From Azolla caroliniana (taxonomy: Eukaryota > Plantae > Polypodiophyta): 12,328 nt of DNA. Below, piece by piece: positions 1 to 10,099 of the stretch. Both the position numbers and the translations under genes were made by a program. A model generated the notes under the pieces. The model was not told the DNA's origin and searched no databases. It saw only the letters and a list, made by a program, of their open reading frames with translations. Every line of letters begins with the position of its first letter. The stretch's first letter is position 1. Where the stretch lies: positions 1-12,328 of the forward strand of contig JBHGNT010001076.1 in NCBI GenBank assembly GCA_043228905.1, in the 5' to 3' direction.

Positions 1-82
1 ATGCTAATGTCTTCTAAGGCCAAATTTGGCCCATGAGACAATTGGTTTACAACAAAATGGGGTGTTTACCCAATCATCGAAG

Positions 83-143
83 ATAAAATAAAATAAAATA
101 AAATAGGACCTAAGCTAAAAGAGATAGATAGATAGATAGATAG
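83..143. repeat. Microsatellites (AAAAT)~4.5 at 83-105 and (GATA)~5.5 at 122-143
   Basis: Read directly from the sequence. Confidence 0.85.
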
Positions 144-504
144 CGAGAGCCAAGAGAGAGAAAAGAAAGGCGAAAGAGAAGGAGGAAGTGATAGGAGATT
201 TTTAAAGACAAGGGCACCTTGAATTCTCCTTGAATTTCCACCAGAAAATGAGGGGTATAAGGGAGGGTTTTTTTGTGGAGTGCAAGGGCTAATGCCATCG
301 AGTGGATTGAAAACTGGCCACGAGGAGGATATCGTGTCGAGAAAGACCCTCCTGGGGAGGATGGGTATATGTCATTTGGTCTGCCCACGAGATGCCCCAC
401 GAGAACTTTGAGAATGAATTCCATGAAGGCACATTACATTACATACACGATACTGAAGAAAGAACCTTGGAAAAACCTACCCCCTCTGGGCTCTGTGCAC
501 CAAG

Positions 505-534
505 AGAAGAAGAAGAAGAAGAAGAAGAAGAAGA
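505..534. repeat. (AGA)10 microsatellite
   Basis: Read directly from the sequence. Confidence 0.9.
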
Positions 535-591
535 GAATGGGGGCTGGAGGGGCATTTGTTTTGTAAAATAAGTGAAAGGGTAGTTTCTGTA

Positions 592-625
592 AATATAAGA
601 AGCCCTCGCATATTCATTCATTCCC
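592..625 (+). promoter_or_regulatory. Putative core promoter (TATA-like AATATAAG plus pyrimidine/Inr-like TCATTCATTC)
   Basis: TATAA at 594-598, TCATTC about 20-25 nt downstream, then a CT-rich leader and the ATG at 734. Confidence 0.4.
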
Positions 626-640
626 CTTTCCCTTCTCTTT

Positions 641-643
<3 letters not shown>

Positions 644-679
<36 letters not shown>
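644..679. repeat. (TC)18 microsatellite in the probable 5'UTR (GAGA/BPC-type element)
   Basis: Read directly; CT/GA tracts are common in plant 5' leaders. Confidence 0.9.
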
Positions 680-681
<2 letters not shown>

Positions 682-733
682 CAATTGCAGTAGAAAGTTC
701 TGTAGCAGCAAAATCGTTCGATCGAGCTCCGCG

Positions 734-781
734 ATGGCTTCTAAAACCCTTACCATAGGCTCTCCTGCTCCCTACTTCCAG
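734..781 (+). CDS. PRX-like gene exon 1 (MASKTLTIGSPAPYFQ)
   Basis: ATG in GCGATGG context; donor CAG|GTGCTC at 782. Confidence 0.85.
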
Positions 782-3700
782 GTGCTCATCATCATCATCA
801 TCATCATCATCTTCCTTCTTTCTTCATCTTCTTTCTTTGATTCTTTGTTTCTTTGTTTCTTTGATTTTGATTTTACCTCGCACACAGTTATTTACCTCTT
901 TTCTTTTCTTCTTGTTCTTCTCTCTCTCTCTCTTGCAGCTTCCGGAGCCTTTGAGTGGAATCACATGGAAGCTTGATGATTATTCTGATAAATCCGCACT
1001 TCTGGTATGAAATCATTCTCTTTCTCCACACACACACACGCAGGTTTTTTTTTTGTAAACAAAAATACATGCTTTTCATCACGATAAGGAAATACGAAAC
1101 AACCTACGTTGTTTATGTTTTTCGATTATTTTCCTTTAACTTCGCTAGCTTCTTTGAGAAAGTACTGAACATTTGATCTATGTGATCACGAGTATGACTG
1201 GAAAATTGACCTTAACATTCTGAAACACTCCTAGCTCTACAAGTACGCTTATTTGCTATGCCTAATGATATTTTCAAGTTGCATAGTGTGTGCTTCAATA
1301 TGATCTTGAAGAGGACCCCTTCCTAGTTCTATTATGGTACATCGCACTAATATATGCAATTGACACACGTGTGTATGTTATATTATATGTGTACTCATAT
1401 TTGGATTTGATAGTGTGTGATTTGTAAATTAAAATCCTGAGATGTTGTTATGTTTGGGGAACTTTAAAAAGATTAATATACCAAGCAGTGATATTGCAAT
1501 AGAATGACATTTTTTATTTTTGGCATCCATATCCTCTAACGCAATAAGAATGATACAATTTAAAATTAGCTTTTTTTTTTCTCGATGATATGTATCATGT
1601 CACTTGTAAGGTTAATATTCTTCATCAATCATAGCAGATAATGATACTGCAATTTAATCAGAGTCACGCTCCTCCTAAAATTAAGTAGCATTATTTCACA
1701 TACCATACATTTTAGGAAAAATGTGAAATTAAAGCTTAAAATTGGATGTTTCACCTTTTGTCTTAAGAAAGAGAGGATTGATTTGTTGAAATTGAACTTA
1801 ATGCTTTTAAACTTCTTAATATTCATGTTATTGCAAGCTTTATAGGAGTCACTTTAGATAAAATAATGCAAACCCAATCCTAAAATATGAAAAGATTGGG
1901 AGGTAATGTGAGAAGAACAACTTAAAACTTTAAGATGGAATCTTAATGCACTGTGGCTTGCTGCCCCATGTAAGACTCTAGAGCAAAGATTATTTATTTT
2001 TCAAGTTTCATATTTATGATGCACATGCCATGGATGTTAACATCATATTTTTAACATTTTTCTGCTCAGGTTATCTTCATTTGTAACCATTGCCCATATG
2101 TTGTTCATATCAAGGAGGGTTTGTCAGATTTTGCAAAGGAATACTATACTGTATGTTGATCATTTCTGTCTTTCAAGTTGTAGCTGAACACTAATGTTGT
2201 AGCTTTATCTAAATTACCAAGATATGTTTATACAGAAATAGGTCAATATTGTGCTGATGCTTGTTCTTCTTTTCTCTGATTGATGTAAAGAAAGGACTGG
2301 CTATAGCTGCAATCTCCTCCAACTCAGTGAAGTCACATCCACAGGTATGGGCATATCGCTCAGAACTCTTATTTGAACCACTGAACCATTTCTTATGAAA
2401 TAAAAAATTAAGGAAAAAATAGACCCCAATGGCTGTTTAAAGAATTACCTAATTGTGTGAAGAAATGTATATATTGCAACTCGCTAGTGGTACATATGCC
2501 ATAGTTTTTGGCACCTGATGTCTTATGTGTTGGTTAGTTACATAAGCGTTTATAAGTGGCTGATTCTATGATTCTGTCAAGTGTTGGTTACGTATGTATT
2601 AATGGTTCTGTCAAATCCTATTCCACACCTGTATCATGCTATTTGAGATTTAAGGAAATGTGAATCAAACACATAAACTTTATCACTCTATTTTAGATTT
2701 AATCAAATTTGAATTAAACTCTTAAAATATAGCTTTTAAAATTTAACTCTTAAAATTTAAAGTTGAAAGTATAAAATGTAGAGTATAGATTGTAGGTAAA
2801 ATAATGAACCCCTAACTTCAGAAGAGAACTCTGCAAATGAAATAGTACAATGTTTCAAACTTTCTCCACAATGTACTGAGCTCATAATAATAATCTCCAA
2901 GCTAATATTGACCCCTATGTGCAAAAGAGGATTCCTCTGCAAGGGAGTTAGTACACTTAGCACAATGTATCAAACTTAGTACACTTTTTGGAAAGTCTTT
3001 TCACAATGCTTAAAGTGTTTCTACGTTGAAAAGAAATATGGATTTATCAATTATATATATCTTAGTGTATTGGGAATATATTAGTTCATAATCCACTTCA
3101 AATGTCAGATTGAATCTGAACTCGTATGTTCTCTTTCTTTTAAATATTTTATATTTTAGGATGGGCCAGAGTTCATGGCAGCTGATGCAAAGAAGTATGA
3201 CTATGTCTTCCCATATCTCTATGATGAGGTAAGATTTCTTACGGAACATTACTGGATTTTAGAATTGTAATAAACTGTTTGCATTGTTTTGGGTTAGAGA
3301 AAATTAATGATCATTCAAATGGGCTTTTGCAAGTGAGGCGTGGATATGCATCTCAGTGCTTTTGTAGTTAATCTGGTTGCATCCTGGAAAGTTCAGTTCC
3401 AAAAATGTCTTATTTAAATGTCACAAGATTAGGCATTTTCAATAATAGGGGTTCTGAGATCTCATCTTATCATGGTCCAGAAAAGTTATGTGTGCATTAC
3501 AAAGATTACTATGTAGGTCTCGACTCTCAGGATAAAAATAAAAATTTAAAATAAAAATTATCCTGTAGATAGGTTTATGGTTCATATCATTTTGGAATAT
3601 TGATTGCAAAAACACCGTCCAAAAGATAGATGCGTGCTTCACGTCACCAATATTTTAAAAATCATCCAGTAGACAGCATTGTGTTTTCAGTCATCTTGGA

Positions 3701-4640
3701 TCCATTTCTCTTAAACTCATCCATTAAAATCTTGGATGATTTGTGCTTAAAGTCATTCAGTAGATAGAACTATGTTATATTGTCTAGTTTATAAAAGTAT
3801 TTCAGATAAACTATGCTTAACTATGTTTCCTGATTTGATTGATACAGTCACAAGCAGTAGCAAAGGCGTATGGTGCAGTGTGCACTCCAGACATATTCTT
3901 ATTCAGAAAGGTATAATCCACGTTCTTGGTAGATGTTTTTGGATCAACGTGACCTTTATGACCAATTCTTTACCTATTTTTGAATGCCCTTTGATCAGGA
4001 GGGTGATAAATTTGTCCTTGCCTATCATGGACAATTTGATGATTCTCGTCCTAGAAGTGGAAAGCCAGCGAATGGCCAGTAAGTAATAATACTAGCTTGA
4101 AAGTGGAATTTAGCAGCAGTCTCTTATTTGTAACCATCTATGTTTGTCATAGGGATTTAAGAGCAGCAGTGGACTGTATATTGAATGGCAAGGAGATAGA
4201 CTTCCCTCAAAAACCATGGTAAAGTATTTTGTTCCTATTTTTAGCAGTTGAGCTTATTGCATTTAGCCTAGCTCTAACCAACCCATCATCACGATTCAGG
4301 AAAAGAATAAAGGTAGAAACAATTTGTTGTTACTAAGCAAATTGTAGAACATGTTATATTATGTTTCATTCCAAAGAGTTGTGGCTGATGAATATGGAAT
4401 TTGGAGCGCAATACAGATGCTAACAACCCTGAGAACTGGAGATTTGCAGCTGAAAGCAATTATAAATGCATTTTCATATTAAAATTTGTGTGACAAAAAT
4501 TTGACACCGAAGAAACCCAATCAAACCATGTTATGGCATAGAGGATTCTAATTAATGTTATAAGGTATGACTCACAATATGTTAAATGCTTTCTTTTATC
4601 TTTGTCTTGCAGTGTTGGGTGCAGCATTAAGTGGGGATGA
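734..4640 (+). CDS. Thioredoxin-superfamily peroxiredoxin-like protein (AhpC/TSA/redoxin, PRX_like1 type; similar to Arabidopsis AT1G21350-type proteins), 9 exons, 184 aa: join(734..781,939..1004,2070..2150,2291..2344,3160..3228,3848..3910,3999..4078,4153..4218,4613..4640)
   Basis: Manual splicing at GT-AG introns gives a 555-nt uninterrupted ORF: MASKTLTIGSPAPYFQLPEPLSGITWKLDDYSDKSALLVIFICNHCPYVVHIKEGLSDFAKEYYTKGLAIAAISSNSVKSHPQDGPEFMAADAKKYDYVFPYLYDESQAVAKAYGAVCTPDIFLFRKEGDKFVLAYHGQFDDSRPRSGKPANGQDLRAAVDCILNGKEIDFPQKPCVGCSIKWG*. Family motifs recognised: G.PAP.F.L, ICNHCPYV, AISSN, FPYLYDESQ.VA, A.CTP, Y.GQFDDSRP, GCSIKW. Confidence 0.93.
786..811. repeat. (TCA)~8.7 microsatellite at the start of intron 1
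   Basis: Read directly; explains the poly-Ile run of ORF 734..976. Confidence 0.9.
939..1004 (+). CDS. PRX-like gene exon 2 (LPEPLSGITWKLDDYSDKSALL)
   Basis: CT tract plus TTGCAG acceptor; donor CTG|GTATGA. Confidence 0.92.
2070..2150 (+). CDS. PRX-like gene exon 3 (VIFICNHCPYVVHIKEGLSDFAKEYYT), active-site CxxC
   Basis: CTCAG acceptor; donor ACT|GTATGT; CNHC motif. Confidence 0.95.
2291..2344 (+). CDS. PRX-like gene exon 4 (KGLAIAAISSNSVKSHPQ)
   Basis: Weak TAAAG acceptor; donor CAG|GTATGG; AISSN motif. Confidence 0.9.
3160..3228 (+). CDS. PRX-like gene exon 5 (DGPEFMAADAKKYDYVFPYLYDE)
   Basis: TTTTAG acceptor; donor GAG|GTAAGA. Confidence 0.95.
3848..3910 (+). CDS. PRX-like gene exon 6 (SQAVAKAYGAVCTPDIFLFRK)
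   Basis: TACAG acceptor; donor AAG|GTATAA; CTP motif. Confidence 0.95.
3999..4078 (+). CDS. PRX-like gene exon 7 (EGDKFVLAYHGQFDDSRPRSGKPANG, ends phase 2)
   Basis: ATCAG acceptor; donor CA|GTAAGT. Confidence 0.93.
4153..4218 (+). CDS. PRX-like gene exon 8 (DLRAAVDCILNGKEIDFPQKP, ends phase 2)
   Basis: CATAG acceptor; donor TG|GTAAAG. Confidence 0.93.
4613..4640 (+). CDS. PRX-like gene exon 9 (C-VGCSIKWG-stop)
   Basis: Pyrimidine tract plus TTGCAG acceptor; GCSIKW motif; TGA at 4638-4640. Confidence 0.92.
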
Positions 4641-5699
4641 GTGACGAACAACACATTTAGTGAATAGACATGATTTTAATTACAATAACTAAGAGTTCCG
4701 AGCATTTAACAGTCAATCGTTGTAAACTAATGAATGTGAAGATTGGATGGTGAATAAGCACTTACTGTGCATATTGTTTATGAATTGCATCCATGTATAT
4801 TAATTAGTAGGTGTTTTTCACTCTTAAGTGTATGTGAACAACAATGCAATGAAATGCCCCCTACAATATCATATTATAGTGCTTTATATTGAATTTGTTG
4901 GTTTTTTGTTTTGATGACAAATGATACAATCTATGGTAACAATGGCAACAGCATTGATCTATAATTTGAAAATTTGGAGAGAGTTTAAACAGTTATATCA
5001 TTGTATGCACATTATTCGTGTAATTAGATCTGTTTTCACTTCAAGTACTTCCTTCATTTGAATGGCTGTCTACACAATTCTTTCTCTAAAAGCTCAAATA
5101 TATAATTGTGGTGGTATAGTTGAAAAGCTAAATAGTAAGGCTGCGATTCTTCTTCCTCTGTTAGTTTCTGGCCTTTTACAAGTTGTTAAATAGCTCTGGA
5201 GTTCATTCATTTCATGAAATTATGGAGTCGTTTTTATAAATAGCTTTAACAATCAGTACATAAGATTTATAGCTTGCAAATTCACATGCAACTCGTGTTT
5301 TTAGACATTTTGGAGGTATGACCCCTAGTTCATTTATCATTGAATAACAAACCTTGAGTAACCTTGGGAGGCATCATCCTTATTTCATTTATCGTCAACT
5401 AATATCATTTAGTACCCCTAGTTTCTCTTTATGCAACTATCAAATTCAAAGCATTCACCTATGTGGCAATCTAAGAGATGTGGAGAGAGAGACATGTCAT
5501 CCAAAATCCAATGAATAATTTTCTATCCAAACCCGATAAATAAATTTCATATATTAGTCCCATGTATACTACTCATTCACCACAATAATACGAATTGAAC
5601 TAGGGGTTATTCCTCATTGGTATGTTTATGAATCTTTTAGTGATGGTTTATATTACTAGCAAGAAACCATAAGAAAATGTGAAAATTCACAAAAATGTT

Positions 5700-8204
5700 T
5701 AGCTACAAACCCTGCTCAAGAGCATTGAAAGAAAGATTAAAAAATTGTCACGAAAATACCGTGGATAAAGAGACTATGCAATGACTACTTGGGAGAATGC
5801 TTGAACAACAAGAATTCACTTAGAGTGGGTTGATTCAAGACAATGATATCCCCAAAATCTAAACCAATTGAAAGATCGCATGTGTTGTGGGGCAACTTTA
5901 GGAACAAGACTAAATATCCCAAAATTCGTTCAAGAATGAAGTCTTGGGAAATGACTAGAGGTGTTGTTGTATCCTTTCCAAGGAGTACTTAGCATTGTTG
6001 CAATTCCAAAGTAAGTGGTTAGCTGATTTGGAACAAATTCTATATCTCATGCATCTTGCTGTTGCAATGTGAATTTGTTGGAGATTTATCCCAACCGGAA
6101 AAACCCCAAGTAAGCAACATGAAAAAGTTTATTTTATGGCAAATCAGTGGGCCAAATTCTTGTTGAATGCTTTTCCACTGAGTGGAATTTAACTACTATC
6201 TATAATTGATCACCATGTTGTTTTATGCATGGAGAAGGAAGAAATAACCGATATACCTTGTTGGCTATAATTTCGTTTAGAGGTAGAGTTGTGCGACGAA
6301 TAGTCAATTTCTAGTCATATAAAGGATTTTGTGTCTCCAGTGGTGAAAAAGGCACTTGATCATGGACCAAAGTTGTCACCAAACCACCTATACATGAGAA
6401 ATTTCTCTTTGAGAATGACATAGTTTTTACCTATTTGCCCCCACACTAAACAAGATCAGGACCATCATTTCTCATTGGAATCTAGACTTGATAAAGACCC
6501 TTTTTAGAAATAAAATGTAACTTTTTGAGTTCTTGATCCACCAATGTAGAAGGGATAAGAGGAGTCAAATGATTACTCTCCAATTGCATCAAATTAATTG
6601 ATCTTGATCTCATTCTATTCCACTACATATGCTATTTGATTTCTTCCAATTTTGAATTAATTTTGTGGTAATAAAACCTTCATCTTACAAATATTACATA
6701 TCACGAAGGTGATGGCCCAAGTTCCAAAGAAGTTTGATTTCATGCGTCTACACATACATCCAACAACATGTTTTGCCTTCCAAACTACTTTATGGTCTCT
6801 AACATTATGTTTGAATATGCTCTTTGGACTAATTGTTAATTGAAGATTGAATTGCATATATAATTTGTAAGTTGATTGAACTATTATTAATCTCAAATGT
6901 AGTGGCCAAGTTGCAAATTTCTAGTAACTTGGGTTTTGGAAAACAAAAAAATAAATAAAAGAAATTCTAATAACTTAATTTTTATCTTCAGTTAATGCAA
7001 TAACCATTTGCCTTGCTTGTTTGTGTTCTAGGCTCTAGCCTAGTAGATACCCAAGTGGCTTCTAGTTGATCTAGATTGATAATATCTAATGCTTATAAAA
7101 AGTTGTGCCACACATACACCTTGAGGGGTAGTGGATAATATCTAATGACAATAATATATTGTGTCACACATACACATCGAGGTGTAGTTGATATATCTAA
7201 CGACAATTTAAGTTCTGCCACACAACACATTGAGGGGTAGTTGATATTATGTAATGACAATGACTATAATAAGGCGTGCCACCGTGCCATGCATGCACAT
7301 TGAGGGTTTGGAGTAAACAAGTAATTGTGTTGTCAAGGTTACATGATTGTAAAGCATCCATAGCAATGAGCAGGTGTGTGGATCATTGTGAGACAAAAAA
7401 AAGTATCATCAATGTAGGCCTGAATTGTAAAATGCTTACTATAGGACAATGGCAAAACTTGGAAAAAACCAACTTAAACTATTTTGTCCATTGGTAGAAG
7501 AAGTGGATGTGTTGCAATTGCAAATAAGATGGTACTTGGGGACAACCATGTCTTATTGATTTGAATGAGGTTTATGACTCTGTTACATATCCATAAAGAA
7601 TACATGTTGATCTTTTTGGCGTAAGCAGATGATGACATTTGACCATTTTTGTCCAAATTCTAATCTTACCATTGTTGACTCGATAAGGTCCTTTTGTATT
7701 GTGTCAGAGATTTTCCTGCATCAACTTCCATAGTAAGTATATATTATATTCTTTTGTATATTTTGCATATTCTATTCCATTGTTAGGATTTGCATTATTA
7801 GTAGTGATATGTGTCCCAGGTATAACCCATATTGGTTCATTTGGATTCATTTAACTTGAGGTTCTTTACTTCTATTGGTTAACATTTTGGCCACTAGCTT
7901 GTAATTTCCCTGTTTGTATGTTAGGCCTTTGTTCGGCGAATATCTCACAAAACTTTCTTTTAGGAAAGAGTTTAATTAGACCTTTTGTCTAAGAGGATGC
8001 TATAGTTATTCCACAATGACTTGTTTATCATGCACAATAATGCATCTTTTAGCATATACCAAAGTTCACACACAGTTCTAAGGTGATTGCATTCCATCTT
8101 TAGGCTTCTCATTTCTCAAGACCTTTCAATGCTTTTGTAGTCCATCTAATGGGAAGGGTAATCCTAGCCTATTTGCTTCTCCTTAGGTAATCATGGGCTT
8201 GAAC
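5700..8204 (-). pseudogene. LINE ORF2 remnant: reverse transcriptase and zf-RVT portion
   Basis: RT motifs including QGCP-like HGCP and YADD-like YIDD, plus a CCHC-type zinc knuckle; disrupted. Confidence 0.85.
7063..7306. repeat. Degenerate minisatellite, ~4 copies of ~53-69 bp (TAGTTGATAATATCTAATGACAAT...GTGCCACACATACACATTGAGGGG)
   Basis: Copies start near 7072, 7129, 7185 and 7238. Confidence 0.85.
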
Positions 8205-8208
8205 ACGT

Positions 8209-9030
8209 TGTTGTGGAAATCCATGGCTTGCGGGTCAGCTCGGGCGGGACCACCGGGGTCTCAGACCGGGGAGAAAGGTGATGAGAGAATCAAGCTTCGT
8301 TGGTATCAACTACTACGACTAGGGCTCTGGCCTAGTTGTCATCTCTTCATGTCAATGGCTTGGCTTGTCAACTTCGTTTGGCTTGGTCAGTCAAACCAGA
8401 TCGACTCTTAGTCATTCAGATGGGTCCCGCGGGCCCCCGACCATAGATACAACAACACATTTTACATAGATACAACGCATTATGTATAACTATATGTATA
8501 TATAAACGACATATTACATCCACGACATCGAGCCGAACGACAACAAATTGGGTACGACGAATATCCTCTAGTGAGCACCCAATCGGGGAGCTCTCGAGCT
8601 CGCTCAACGGTTGGACCAAAAACTACCAAAACCTTGAGAGCGTTCGAGCTCTAGAAATATAGAGAACAAAAAAAAGCTATTGACCACAAACCCTAAGCCC
8701 CTAGAGAGGACTAAAACCTAAGAGAGAGAGAAAGACCAAAAACCGGGGAGGAGATAAGAAGAGCCCCTTCACCTCCCTTTATACTATATAGATCAAGGAG
8801 GGAGGGCCATTAGTAGTTACCCCACTGCCCAGTGCGTGTGCATGTGCACTAATGTACACATCACATTTACTCCGGACAACTCTTTTGTCCACTTCTGCAC
8901 CCTTACATTTTCCGTTATTCTCTCTTTTATTCCTATGTACATTTTCTCATGTGCATTTGCAAGTCGTTGCACATCCTCGTTTTATTCGTTGTACCCGATT
9001 TTCTCACCGTTGCCGGAAATCTTCATGACA
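8209..9030 (-). mobile_element. Solo LTR (822 bp, probably Ty3/gypsy) inserted in the LINE
   Basis: TG...CA ends; imperfect terminal inverted repeat (TGTTGTGGAAAT / ATCTTCATGACA); flanks ACGT (8205-8208) and ATGT (9031-9034); higher GC than surroundings; minus-strand TATA (CTATATAGTATAAAGGG, ~8791-8775) followed by CT-rich/TAGGGTTT sequence; LINE coding resumes on both sides. Confidence 0.8.
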
Positions 9031-9745
9031 ATGTGACAAAAGAATTTCTCGAGCACTTTAAACCTCTTGAATTTTTACAACACTATCTCTAAATATTCTT
9101 GGAAAATAATCCACACATTTATTTTATTTTATTTAAAGAAGATTTTAAATAATCCCACACATTTAAGTGCTAGTTGTTGTTGGTTATTAGTCCATATCCC
9201 TTGCTAAGTTTTTAATTATTTGATTGTTTCTCTTTATTTAGAACTTTGTAGACTTTTAACGATGTCTTTAGAGGAGGATGCTTGTTGCCCAGTGAGATTT
9301 AACAAGAAAATACCATGAATACGTGAGATTTAACAAGAAAATACCATGAATACGTGAGATTTAACAAGAAAATACCATGAATACGTGAGATTTAACAAGA
9401 AAATACCATGAATACGTGAGATTTAACAAGAAAATACCATGAATACGTGAGATTTAACAAGAAAATACCATGAATACGTGAGATTTAACAAGAAAATACC
9501 ATGAATACCATTAAACGCTTGAGTGGGATTAAAACTTGCTTCTAAATTAACAATCTAGTAGAACTTCCTTTGCGTGTATAAAACATTATATAGCCGACTA
9601 ATTTGTTTGCCCAAAAAATTAGTATTGTTAATGTTCTTGAACACAAACAAGATTTGGTCCATTGAGCTAGTAATTATTTCCATTTTCCAGGGTTATAGTA
9701 TCTTATAGCTTCCCCTTATATTATAAGCAACACACTTCAATTCAA
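9031..9745 (-). pseudogene. LINE ORF2 remnant: AP-endonuclease N-terminus and EN-RT linker
   Basis: AYNIRG (SWNVRG-like), VCVQEH (LCLQE-like), GIHGIFLL, then linker-like SKD..KSL...ETIK.LKT..G and AREILL. Confidence 0.7.
9292..9508. repeat. Perfect tandem array, 7 x 31 bp (GTGAGATTTAACAAGAAAATACCATGAATAC)
   Basis: Identical units at 9292, 9323, 9354, 9385, 9416, 9447, 9478; no spacers. Confidence 0.97.
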
Positions 9746-10099
9746 CATACTAGGTTCATTCAAGTAGATATTAGTGTCCCACAAGATGCAAAACTAATTT
9801 ATGCTACATGCTCACAGAGGACAAGCAAGTCTTGCTAAACTTGTTGCAATTGATCACAAGAAATGTTTATGATTCCTTGAGAAATTTAAAACTTCCACCC
9901 AAACTAGACATTGATGTCTTATCAATTTTTGATAATCTTTCATTAATGATCATGGCAAAACATGAGTGAGACTCTTGTAAAACAATTGCTTGGGTTTTGC
10001 TTCATTCAATAACACCTTGTAGAAGCCTCAAGCATCAAACTACAATCCACTTAATGTATATTGTTAAGGAAAATAATGTTATACTTTTTAGTTTTAACA

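Noticed and set aside
18-31. Perfect 14-bp palindrome GGCCAAATTTGGCC
   Set aside because: Isolated and at the window edge, with no supporting structure
110-1176. ORFs 110..424, 273..566, 439..756, 888..1082, 955..1176 and the intronic tail of 734..976
   Set aside because: Low-complexity translations of microsatellites, promoter and intron sequence; only 734-781 and 939-1004 are coding
3659-3742. 10-bp inverted repeat in intron 5 (AAATCATCCA/TGGATGATTT), possible MITE
   Set aside because: Too short, no TSD, compatible with chance in AT-rich DNA
3772-4086. 104-aa plus-strand ORF
   Set aside because: Out-of-frame read across exons 6-7 and the neighbouring introns of the PRX-like gene
4638-4667. 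Selenocysteine or readthrough at the terminal TGA (would add VTNNTFSE)
   Set aside because: The TGA follows the family's normal terminal IKW motif and is not at a redox position; land plants lack Sec machinery; no SECIS is evident
8193-9036. Short ORFs inside the GC-richer insert
   Set aside because: They lie within the solo LTR and show no recognisable motifs
9106-9165. Local duplication TAATCC(C)ACACATTTA flanking an (ATTTT)n tract
   Set aside because: Minor slippage or filler event inside the dead LINE with no functional implication
9292-9508. CRISPR array (31-bp repeats)
   Set aside because: Units are head-to-tail with no spacers, there are no cas genes, the context is eukaryotic and the unit derives from LINE sequence
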